A stretch of DNA of 64,000 nucleotides from Burkholderiales bacterium (lineage in GTDB: Bacteria > Pseudomonadota > Gammaproteobacteria > Burkholderiales > JACQAP01), in NCBI GenBank assembly GCA_046590325.1, contig JBKJUC010000162.1, positions 21,768 to 85,767 on the forward strand, read 5' to 3'. The notes beneath the pieces are model-generated. The model had not been told where the DNA came from. It saw only the letters and a list, made by a program, of their open reading frames with translations, and ran no database searches. The translations under genes and the position numbers were made by a program. This document shows positions 1 to 7,801 of the stretch, piece after piece (within the stretch, counting starts at the first letter, position 1; every line of letters starts with the position of its first letter).

Positions 1-144
1 TACCGTGGCACACCGCTGATCGTGACTTACCATCCGGCCTACCTGCTGCGCACGCTGACGGACAAGGCGAGGTCCTGGGAGGACCTCTGCTTTGCGGTGG
101 AAACCATGAGGACGTTGAAACAAGCTGCTATCGCCACCAACTGA
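1..144 (+). CDS. uracil-DNA glycosylase family 4, C-terminal fragment (5' end outside window)
   Basis: Frame 1 is open from base 1 to TGA at 142-144. The peptide YRGTPLIVTYHPAYLLR... resembles the HPxxLLR-type C-terminal motif of family-4 UDGs. Confidence 0.5.
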   Translation, partial: YRGTPLIVTYHPAYLLRTLTDKARSWEDLCFAVETMRTLKQAAIATN

Positions 145-175
145 GCTGCGTACCATCCTCTGACTGGAGAATTCG

Positions 176-799
176 ATGAAACGCCTGATCACGCTGTTCA
201 TGCTGCTCGCTGCTGTCGCCGGACTTTCCGGTTGCGGCTACAACACGCTGCAAACCCAGGACGAGCAGATCAAGAGCGCCTGGGCGGAGGTCATCAACCA
301 GTACCAGCGGCGCGCGGACCTGGTGCCCAATCTGGTTGAGACCGTGAAAGGCTTCGCCGCACAGGAAAAGGATGTCCTGCTCGGGGTGACGAATGCCCGG
401 TCCCGTGTGGGCGGCATCCAGGCCACACCGGAACTGGTGAACAATCCGGAGGCTTTTGCGAAATTCATCGCCGCGCAGGGCGAGATGACTTCCGCGCTGT
501 CGCGCCTGCTCGTCGTCGCTGAAAATTATCCGCAGTTGAAGTCGGACGCGAATTTCCGCGACCTCCAGGCTCAGCTTGAAGGCACGGAAAACCGGATAAC
601 GGTCGCGCGCCAGCGTTACATCCGGGCGATACAGGACTACAACATCACGGTGCGCTCCTTTCCGAGCAATCTGACCGCGATGGTCTTCGGCCACAAGGTC
701 AAGCCGTCCTTCACCGTGGAGAACGAGGAGGCGATCTCAAAGCCGCCGACGGTGGATTTCTCCAAGCCTGCGCCGGCCCCTGCCCCCGAGAAGAAGTAA
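176..799 (+). CDS. lemA: LemA family lipoprotein
   Basis: 207 aa. Signal peptide with lipobox LSGC. The sequence YNTLQTQDEQIKSAWAEVINQYQRRADLVPNLVETVKG is typical of LemA. TAA stop at 797-799. Confidence 0.85.
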   Translation: MKRLITLFMLLAAVAGLSGCGYNTLQTQDEQIKSAWAEVINQYQRRADLVPNLVETVKGFAAQEKDVLLGVTNARSRVGGIQATPELVNNPEAFAKFIAAQGEMTSALSRLLVVAENYPQLKSDANFRDLQAQLEGTENRITVARQRYIRAIQDYNITVRSFPSNLTAMVFGHKVKPSFTVENEEAISKPPTVDFSKPAPAPAPEKK

Positions 800-800
800 G

Positions 801-1667
801 GTGGCCCGGTTTCTCGCCGGCGCCGTTGCGGCGCTGCTCCTGATATTCGGTTTGGCCCGGGCCGAAGACGCGCCGATACCCGCCCTCAGCGGGCGAATCG
901 TCGATGTGGGGGGTACGCTTGCGCCCGAACAGAAACGCGAACTTGAAACAAAACTTGGGGAATTTGAACAGCGCAAGGGAAGCCAGATCGCTGTACTGAT
1001 CGTCGGCACCACGTTCCCGGAACCAATCGAGGCCTATAGCATCCGGGTCGCCGAGGCCTGGAAAATCGGCCGCAAGACTGTCGATGATGGGGTGCTGGTG
1101 GTCGTCGCCAGGTCCGACCAGACAATGCGCCTCGAAGTCGGCTATGGCCTGGAAGGCGCGATCCCGGATGCGGTTGCCAAACGCCTGATCGAAGAAATAT
1201 TCGTGCCCAGGTTCCGCGAAGGTGACTTCTACGGGGGCCTGAACGAGGGTATCGGCCGGCTCATCCGGGTCATCGACGGCGAGCCTTTGCCGGAGCCAGC
1301 CACGGTCCGACCCGGTTCGAATGCGCGTTCCCTTGAAACCTATTTCGTGCTGTTCCTCGCGGTCGTTTTCGCGGTAGGCGGTGCCTTGCGTGCCATGTTG
1401 GGTCGTTTTCCCGCGGCGGCACTGGTTGGCGCTGGAACCGGCGTACTGGCCTGGTTCATCACGGCGCCGATATTTGTTGCTGCGCTCGTGGGCATCGTCG
1501 GTTTCGTTCTTACGTTGCTGGGAGGCGCCATGGGTGGCATGGGGCGCGGCGGCCGCGGAGGAGGCTGGGGTGGTGGGGGCTTCGGCGGTGGAGGCTTCGG
1601 TGGGGGCGGAGGTTTCAGTGGCGGCGGAGGCGGCTTCGGCGGAGGCGGCGCGTCCGGGCGCTGGTGA
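801..1667 (+). CDS. TPM domain-containing protein (YgcG-like) with TM segments and Gly-rich tail
   Basis: 288 aa. GTG start 1 nt after the lemA stop. It has a signal peptide, a TPM/phosphatase-like core (GSQIAVLIV...GYGLEGAIPD), hydrophobic helices and a C-terminal GGGFGGGG tail. Confidence 0.8.
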   Translation: MARFLAGAVAALLLIFGLARAEDAPIPALSGRIVDVGGTLAPEQKRELETKLGEFEQRKGSQIAVLIVGTTFPEPIEAYSIRVAEAWKIGRKTVDDGVLVVVARSDQTMRLEVGYGLEGAIPDAVAKRLIEEIFVPRFREGDFYGGLNEGIGRLIRVIDGEPLPEPATVRPGSNARSLETYFVLFLAVVFAVGGALRAMLGRFPAAALVGAGTGVLAWFITAPIFVAALVGIVGFVLTLLGGAMGGMGRGGRGGGWGGGGFGGGGFGGGGGFSGGGGGFGGGGASGRW

Positions 1668-1668
1668 C

Positions 1669-2166
1669 ATGAGACTCTCCCGCTTGATGCGCCATCTCCT
1701 GACGCCGGCCTGGCAGGCGCGGAAAAAACTTTCCTCATCGGCGCTCGATCGCATCGAGGCGGCCATTCGCGATGCCGAATCGCGGCATGCGGGCCAGATC
1801 CGTTTCGCCGTCGAACATGCGCTTGAGCCTGGCGCGGTTTGGCGCGGCGAAAGCGCAGGGGAGAGGGCGCTGCAGGTGTTCTCGTTGCTACGGGTCTGGG
1901 ACACCGAACACAACAACGGTGTCCTCATTTACCTGTTGCTCGCCGACCGGGACGTCGAAATCGTCGCCGACCGTGGCATCCATGCGCGTGTCGGGCTGCA
2001 AGGCTGGGAGGAGATCTGCCGGGACATGGAAACGGCATTCCGTACAGGCCAGTTCGAGGCAGGCGTAACTGCCGGCATTGGTCGCGTGTCGCGGCACCTT
2101 GAAACCCATTTCCCGCGTGGCGGTGAGGCCGCCAATGAATTGCCGGACCGCCCCGTTGTGCTCTAG
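1669..2166 (+). CDS. TPM domain-containing protein (second copy, cytoplasmic type)
   Basis: ATG at 1669, 1 nt after the TGA of the previous gene. The 165-aa peptide contains RIEAAIRDAESRHAGQIRFAVEH...NNGVLIYLLLADRDVEIVADRGI. The longer ORF-track start (1381) overlaps the upstream gene. Confidence 0.75.
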   Translation: MRLSRLMRHLLTPAWQARKKLSSSALDRIEAAIRDAESRHAGQIRFAVEHALEPGAVWRGESAGERALQVFSLLRVWDTEHNNGVLIYLLLADRDVEIVADRGIHARVGLQGWEEICRDMETAFRTGQFEAGVTAGIGRVSRHLETHFPRGGEAANELPDRPVVL

Positions 2167-2191
2167 TGACGGGAAAAAGCGGAGGCGAGGA

Positions 2192-3439
2192 TCATGCCTC
2201 CGGACGACGGGATTCGTCCTGATCATGCCAGTGCTTGCGAGTCAGGTAAAACATGGATCCGGCTACGAACAGGCCGAAGGTGATGATGATGGTGTTGACA
2301 GAGAGCTGGGCCTTGATCATCAGCGCGTAGATGCCAAGCAGCACCAGGATGGACAGGTTCTCATTGAAGTTCTGCACGGCGATCGAATGCCCGGCGCCCA
2401 TCAGCAGGTGGCCGCGATGCTGTAGCAGGGCGTTCATTGGCACGACGAAATATCCGCCCATTGCGCCGATCAGGACCAGCATGCCGAGCGCAATCCGCCA
2501 ATCCTTTACCATCACCATTGCAATGACGACGAGGCCCATGCCGATGCCGACCGGCAGCACTCGCACTGCGCGTTTGAGTGTCACGTAACGCGCCGCCAGA
2601 ACCGCACCGATCGCGATGCCCAAAGCTACTACCGCGGTGAGCTGGGTCGCCTGTTCCAGGCTGAAGTTGAGGGTAAGAGCGGCCCACGACAGGATGATAA
2701 GGCGCAGGGTCGCTCCCGCGCCCCAAAACAAGGTGGTGACCGCGAGCGAGACCTGTCCGAGCGGGTCTCGCCACAACAGCCTGAAGCTGTGCCAGAAGTC
2801 CTGGAGGATGAAAACCGGATTGCGCTTGGGCAGCTTGTGGTCGATCGCCACTCTGGGAATGTAGAGGTTGATCAGGGCGGCGATAGAGTAGAAAACCAGG
2901 ATGCACACGATCGCCAGTTCGGGGGCGGTGTCTATCCACAGATCAACCCCCGGCAGGTCGCCTTTGGTGAAAACGTAAGTGGCGAACTGCGGACCGACCA
3001 TGATGCCGCCGAGAATGGCGCCAAGGATGATGGCGGCGACGGTAAGTCCCTCCATCCAGCCATTGGCCAGCACCAGTTTCTGGTGGGGCAGATACTCCGT
3101 CAGAATTCCGTACTTGGCCGGGGAATACATGGCGGCGCCGATGCCGACGATTCCGTAAGCGTAGAGGGGATGAGTTCCCGCCAGCATCGCGACACAGCCC
3201 ACGAGCTTGACTGCATTGCTGATGAACATGACGCGACCCTTGGGCAGGGCGTCCGCGAACGGGCCGACGAACGGCGCCAGGACAATATAGGCGAATACGA
3301 AGAACTGCTGCAGCACCGGCGTTTGCCAGTCGGGAGCGTGCTGGCTCGCCAGTAGCGCGATGGCTGCGAACAGCAACGCGTTATCGGCAAGCGCCGAGAA
3401 GAACTGGGCGGCCAGGATGGTGTAAAACCCGCGATTCAT
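2192..3439 (-). CDS. lplT: lysophospholipid transporter LplT (MFS)
   Basis: Start taken at MNRGFYTILAAQFFSALADNALLFAAIALL (ATG complement 3437-3439). About 12 hydrophobic helices, consistent with the MFS LplT family. Confidence 0.8.
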   Translation of the reverse strand: MNRGFYTILAAQFFSALADNALLFAAIALLASQHAPDWQTPVLQQFFVFAYIVLAPFVGPFADALPKGRVMFISNAVKLVGCVAMLAGTHPLYAYGIVGIGAAMYSPAKYGILTEYLPHQKLVLANGWMEGLTVAAIILGAILGGIMVGPQFATYVFTKGDLPGVDLWIDTAPELAIVCILVFYSIAALINLYIPRVAIDHKLPKRNPVFILQDFWHSFRLLWRDPLGQVSLAVTTLFWGAGATLRLIILSWAALTLNFSLEQATQLTAVVALGIAIGAVLAARYVTLKRAVRVLPVGIGMGLVVIAMVMVKDWRIALGMLVLIGAMGGYFVVPMNALLQHRGHLLMGAGHSIAVQNFNENLSILVLLGIYALMIKAQLSVNTIIITFGLFVAGSMFYLTRKHWHDQDESRRPEA

Positions 3440-3619
3440 CGTTCTGCCGGATGGGGGACGGTTTGTGCTGGGTGGGAACGGCCGCATGGACGCAAGCCGG
3501 CGATTTATACCATACAAGCATGGCAGATTTTGCGACGACGAACCCGGGCGCAGTGCGGGTTAACCCCGTAGAATGTGACGCTTGCCGTTTGTCGCCATCA
3601 ACCACTATCTGAAGTCGGC

Positions 3620-4696
3620 ATGAGCCGTCCGATCCGGGCTTCCTTCGACCTCTCCGCGCTCAAGCACAACCTTGGTGTGGTCCGGCAGCTCGCCGGCAAT
3701 GCCCGGACCATGGCCGTCATCAAGGCCAACGCCTATGGTCACGGTTTGCTGCGCGCGGCGCGGGCACTCGCCGCTGCAGACGGTTTCGCGCTGCTCGAAC
3801 TGGATGACGCAATCCGGCTGCGGGATGCCGGCTACCGCCAGCCCATATTGCTGCTGGAAGGCTTCTTCGCGGTAGACGAGCTGGAACCGATCCTGCAGAA
3901 CGGCCTCGCCGTTGTGCTCCACTGCCGCGAGCAACTGGACATGCTCAAGGCGCTGCGCGGCGACCGAAAGGTCGATGTTTTTGTAAAGTTCAACACCGGG
4001 ATGAACCGCCTTGGCTTTCCGGCGGAATCCGCAGCGGGCGTGCTGCAGGAGCTCAATGCGTTGGCGTGCGTGGGCGAGAAGGTATTGGCCACGCACTTCT
4101 CCGATGCCGAAGGCGTAAGCGGTATCGACTTCCAGATCCGGACTTTCGAGCGCCTGGTCGCGCGGCCGGGTTTCAAGCGCTCCATGGCCAACTCCGCAGC
4201 GCTGCTGCGGTTTCCGGAGGCACGTGGCGAATGGGTGCGGCCGGGAATCATGCTGTATGGCGCTTCACCGCTGGAAGATTGTTCGGCCCAGCGCCTTGGC
4301 CTCAAGCCGGTGATGACCCTGACCAGCCGCATCATCGCGGTACAGGATCTGAAAAAAGGCGACACGGTAGGCTATGGCAGGGTGTTTATGGCGGATCGCA
4401 AAATGCGCATTGGCGTGGTCGCCTGTGGCTACGCCGATGGCTATCCGCGCCATGCCTGGAACGGCACCCCTGTTTTGGTGGATGGGGTGCGCGTGCAAAT
4501 GGCGGGACGGGTTTCCATGGACATGCTGAGCGTGGATTTGACGGATGTCCCCAGGGCTGGAATCGGCACTCCGGTCACGTTGTGGGGCGCGGACCTGCCG
4601 GTCGAAGAGGTGGCGGCGGCGGCCGGCACGGTCAGCTACGAATTGCTATGCGCACTGGCGCGCCGGGTGCCGGTCGAAGACATCAACACGGAATAG
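3620..4696 (+). CDS. alr: alanine racemase
   Basis: Start MSRPIRASFDLSALKHNL. PLP-lysine motif AVIKANAYGHG. The C-terminal YELLCAL...RVP is typical of Alr. Confidence 0.9.
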   Translation: MSRPIRASFDLSALKHNLGVVRQLAGNARTMAVIKANAYGHGLLRAARALAAADGFALLELDDAIRLRDAGYRQPILLLEGFFAVDELEPILQNGLAVVLHCREQLDMLKALRGDRKVDVFVKFNTGMNRLGFPAESAAGVLQELNALACVGEKVLATHFSDAEGVSGIDFQIRTFERLVARPGFKRSMANSAALLRFPEARGEWVRPGIMLYGASPLEDCSAQRLGLKPVMTLTSRIIAVQDLKKGDTVGYGRVFMADRKMRIGVVACGYADGYPRHAWNGTPVLVDGVRVQMAGRVSMDMLSVDLTDVPRAGIGTPVTLWGADLPVEEVAAAAGTVSYELLCALARRVPVEDINTE

Positions 4697-4698
4697 CC

Positions 4699-6048
4699 AT
4701 GGCCAAGGCCAAGACGATCTATACCTGCACCGAGTGCGGCGGCCAGACGCTCAAATGGCAGGGGCAGTGCCCGCACTGCACGGTGTGGAATACGCTGGTC
4801 GAGACCGTCGCCGAGAAGACCGCCTCGCGTTTCCAGGCGCTGACGGAACCCAGCAAGCTGCAGAAACTGTCCCAGGTCGACGCAAAAGAGGAACAACGGC
4901 GGCCGACCGGCATTGGCGAGCTGGACCGCGTGCTCGGCGGCGGCTTGGTGCGTGGCGCGGTGGTCCTGCTTGGTGGCGATCCCGGCATCGGCAAGTCCAC
5001 GCTGTTGCTGCAGGCGCTGTCGCTGATGGACGCCTCATGCAACGCCGTTTATGTGAGCGGCGAGGAATCCCCGCAGCAGATCGCCATGCGCGCCAGACGC
5101 CTGGCGGTTGAGCCCGATTCCCTCAATCTCCTTGCCGAAATCCAGCTCGAGAAAATCCTCTCCGTACTGGCCGCGCAGAAACCCGACGTCGCGGTCATCG
5201 ATTCGATCCAGACGGTCTATTCAGAAGCCCTGTCATCGGCCCCGGGCAGCGTCGCACAGGTACGCGAGTGCGCGGCACAGTTGACGCGCTTCGCCAAAAC
5301 TTCGGGCACGGCGATCTTGCTGATCGGCCACGTCACCAAGGAAGGTGCGCTGGCAGGGCCAAGGGTGCTTGAACACATGGTTGACGCGGTTCTCTACTTC
5401 GAGGGCGACACGCATTCGAGTTTTCGTCTGGTGCGGGCGATCAAGAATCGTTTCGGAGCAGTCAACGAACTCGGTGTTTTTGCCATGACCGACCGCGGGC
5501 TGCGCGGGGTATCGAATCCGTCGGCCCTGTTCCTGTCCCAGCATGGAACGCAGGTTCCTGGATCCTGCGTGATGGTCACTCAGGAGGGCAGTCGTCCTCT
5601 GCTGGTCGAGATCCAGGCGCTGGTTGACGAGGCGCATGCGCCGAATCCGCGCCGGCTGACCGTGGGATTGGAGCAGAACAGGCTGGCGATGCTGCTGGCG
5701 GTGCTGCATCGTCACGCCGGCATTGCCGCATTCGATCAGGATGTATTCGTCAATGCGGTCGGCGGCGTGAAAATCGACGAACCGGCGGCGGACCTGCCGG
5801 TGCTGCTGGCGATCGTGTCATCCCTGAAAGGCAAGCCCCTGCCGGAAAAACTGGTCGCGTTCGGCGAAATCGGACTGGCAGGGGAGATTCGTCCGGTGCA
5901 GCGCGGCCAGGAGCGTCTCAGGGAAGCGGCGAAGCTGGGATTCCGTCTGGCCATCATTCCCAAGGCCAATGCGCCGAAAGGCGGAATCGAGGGAATCGAA
6001 GTGATGACCGTGGAGCGGGTCGAGGAAGCGATCGCCCGCCTGCGTTGA
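4699..6048 (+). CDS. radA: DNA repair protein RadA
   Basis: Start MAKAKTIYTCTECGG. Zn-finger CxxC...CxxC, Walker A GDPGIGKST, KNRFG motif (IKNRFGAVNE) and a Lon-like C-terminal domain. The ORF-track extension back to 4066 overlaps alr. Confidence 0.92.
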   Translation: MAKAKTIYTCTECGGQTLKWQGQCPHCTVWNTLVETVAEKTASRFQALTEPSKLQKLSQVDAKEEQRRPTGIGELDRVLGGGLVRGAVVLLGGDPGIGKSTLLLQALSLMDASCNAVYVSGEESPQQIAMRARRLAVEPDSLNLLAEIQLEKILSVLAAQKPDVAVIDSIQTVYSEALSSAPGSVAQVRECAAQLTRFAKTSGTAILLIGHVTKEGALAGPRVLEHMVDAVLYFEGDTHSSFRLVRAIKNRFGAVNELGVFAMTDRGLRGVSNPSALFLSQHGTQVPGSCVMVTQEGSRPLLVEIQALVDEAHAPNPRRLTVGLEQNRLAMLLAVLHRHAGIAAFDQDVFVNAVGGVKIDEPAADLPVLLAIVSSLKGKPLPEKLVAFGEIGLAGEIRPVQRGQERLREAAKLGFRLAIIPKANAPKGGIEGIEVMTVERVEEAIARLR

Positions 6049-6060
6049 GGCGCGGACGGT

Positions 6061-7395
6061 TCAGCGCAGGAACAGCAAGGCGACGGCGGCGGTGGCAAGT
6101 ACCAGACTGCCTGCCCAAACCAGCCTGAGGTTCATGCCGCCAGTTCCCGAGGCGCCGGCGCCAGGCCGCATCAGTGCGCCGGGTTGTTGCCAGGTTGTGC
6201 TGTCTGACAGGTTCGGCGGATTGGCGCCGCTGCGTTTCGCGTCGGCTATCGCCTTCAGGCGCGCGACCTTCTGGGTCTCGGAAAACTGATCGAGTTCCTT
6301 CTCGGTGCCGGTTAGAGCGGCGAGCCGCATGGTGGCGCTGAAGTTGTCGAAGGCTTCTGCCAGCCCCAGCGAAGGCTGGGTCGATTCCTGGCCCTGCGGA
6401 GGCCCGTCGGTGCCGCTCTGTGCGGTGTCGGCTCCAGCGTCGGCGGCGGCAAAAATCCGCTCTGCCTTGTCCTCCTGCCGCGTGAGGGGGGCAGCGGGCT
6501 GCACGGACGGCGAGCTTTGTGCGGGCATTGCCAGCAGATCGGCGGGTGGGGCCTGACTTATCGCCGCTGCCAGAATTTCGCGCAGGTCGTGCGCCATGTC
6601 TTTGGCATTCAGATAGCGGCCATCGAGATTCTTCGCCAGGGCCTTGGCCGCAATGAAATTCAACACTTCGGGCAGATCTGGATTGAGCGTCTTGGGCGCA
6701 GGCGGGTTGAAGTTCATGGTCTGGTACATCACGCCGTGGATATTGTCCGCCACGAAAGGCGAGGTGCCGGTCAGCATTTCGTAGAGCACCACTCCCAGCG
6801 AGAATATGTCCGAGCGGCCATCCGCGCGCTTCCCCGAGACCTGTTCCGGCGACATGTACTTGGGCGATCCCAGGATCATGCCGGTCATGGTTTTGACTTC
6901 GTTGTTGCGCATGCGCGCAATGCCGAAGTCGGTGATCTTCACCGAGCCGTCGGCCAGGACCATGATGTTCGCGGGCTTGATATCGCGATGAATGATCTGG
7001 TGGTCGTGGGCATACTGCAGGCCATCCGCCACCTGGGCGGTGATATCGAGCGCCTGCTGCAGGGCTATGGGCGTGCGTGCCTGCATTATGCGGCGCAGTT
7101 CCTGCCCTTCGAGAAACTCCATCGCCATGTAGGCGACGCGCTCGCTGCGTCCGATGTCGTGAATGACCACGATGTTGCGGTGGGAGAGGCCGCCCGCCGC
7201 CTTGGCCTCCTGGTAGAAGCGGGCCTCGTATTCGGCGAGTTCATCTTTCGGCAGGGTCAAATTGACGGTCTTGATCGCGACGATGCGGTCAAGCATCGGG
7301 TCGCGTGCCTTGTAGACCACGCCCATGGCACCCTGGCCCAGTTCGCCGATGATTTCGTAGCGGCCGAGTGTGGCGACTGCAGCATTGGGATTCAT
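6061..7395 (-). CDS. Hanks-type serine/threonine protein kinase, C-terminally tail-anchored
   Basis: Motifs GELGQGAMGVVY, VAIK, HRDIKPANIM, DFG and SPEQ are all present. A low-complexity linker is followed by one terminal hydrophobic helix (LVWAGSLVLATAAVALLFL). ATG at 7395 shares 1 nt with the upstream TGA; an alternative TTG lies at 7398. Confidence 0.88.
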   Translation of the reverse strand: MNPNAAVATLGRYEIIGELGQGAMGVVYKARDPMLDRIVAIKTVNLTLPKDELAEYEARFYQEAKAAGGLSHRNIVVIHDIGRSERVAYMAMEFLEGQELRRIMQARTPIALQQALDITAQVADGLQYAHDHQIIHRDIKPANIMVLADGSVKITDFGIARMRNNEVKTMTGMILGSPKYMSPEQVSGKRADGRSDIFSLGVVLYEMLTGTSPFVADNIHGVMYQTMNFNPPAPKTLNPDLPEVLNFIAAKALAKNLDGRYLNAKDMAHDLREILAAAISQAPPADLLAMPAQSSPSVQPAAPLTRQEDKAERIFAAADAGADTAQSGTDGPPQGQESTQPSLGLAEAFDNFSATMRLAALTGTEKELDQFSETQKVARLKAIADAKRSGANPPNLSDSTTWQQPGALMRPGAGASGTGGMNLRLVWAGSLVLATAAVALLFLR

Positions 7396-7793
7396 CAACT
7401 ATTCTTCTGCCTGGACTTCACGCTTCTGAATACAGGGCCCCAGATCGGGTGCCCGATTTCCGCGGGTCCGAGGTCGAAGTCCGGGTCGAGTTCGAAAGCG
7501 ATGCCGAACTCCTCGCGGCAAGTAAGCGGCTGTCCGGAGACACAGGCAATGAACGCGAGGTACTTGTGCGCCTTGACGCGATCGGGGCGGCGGAGGCCTT
7601 CCTCGAGGGCGAACTGGAGGCGGCGCTGCGCGGTACGGTAATTGCCCTCCTCGTAGTTGCGGACGCCATCCTCCAGATAGCCGGTGCCGGCGGTGCGGCT
7701 TGCGCGAAGGTCCTTGAACGGGCCTTCCGCGCAACCGCCAAGGAATGCGGCGACGAAGGCGAAAATCAGCAGGAGACGGAAAGCGGGCATCAT
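7395..7793 (-). CDS. small lipoprotein with TPR-like helical repeat
   Basis: 132 aa. Signal peptide with lipobox FLGGC. GYLEDGVRNYEEGNYRTAQRRLQFALEEG resembles a TPR helix pair. It lies between the cyclase and kinase genes. Confidence 0.6.
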   Translation of the reverse strand: MMPAFRLLLIFAFVAAFLGGCAEGPFKDLRASRTAGTGYLEDGVRNYEEGNYRTAQRRLQFALEEGLRRPDRVKAHKYLAFIACVSGQPLTCREEFGIAFELDPDFDLGPAEIGHPIWGPVFRSVKSRQKNS

Positions 7794-7801
7794 CTGTAGC
7801 T

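Noticed and set aside
1545-1660. A GGN-rich tandem-looking DNA repeat.
   Set aside because: It encodes the glycine-rich C-terminal tail (GGGFGGGG...) that is characteristic of YgcG-type TPM proteins. It is not an independent repeat element or a CRISPR-like array.
711-1928. A 405-aa minus-strand ORF, together with many other long antisense ORFs: 9522-10724, 13613-14905, 15685-16842, 27721-28794, 37883-39295, 45513-46601, 51856-53115, 53200-54312 and 59808-60752.
   Set aside because: All lie antisense to, or out of frame with, genes that have strong family motifs. Their translations are low-complexity and rich in Arg, Pro, Ala and Gly, which is typical of shadow ORFs in high-GC DNA. None has a recognisable domain.
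4066-4698. A 5' extension of the radA ORF, giving a 660-aa reading frame that overlaps alr.
   Set aside because: The extension is Arg/Gly-rich nonsense and overlaps the well-supported alr frame. The canonical RadA N-terminus (MAKAKTIYTCTECGG) begins at ATG 4699, right after the alr stop. The same logic applies to the extended ORFs at 15739 (fadE), 30960 (DUF2147), 33111 (thioesterase), 52201 (ATPase) and 59932 (binding protein).
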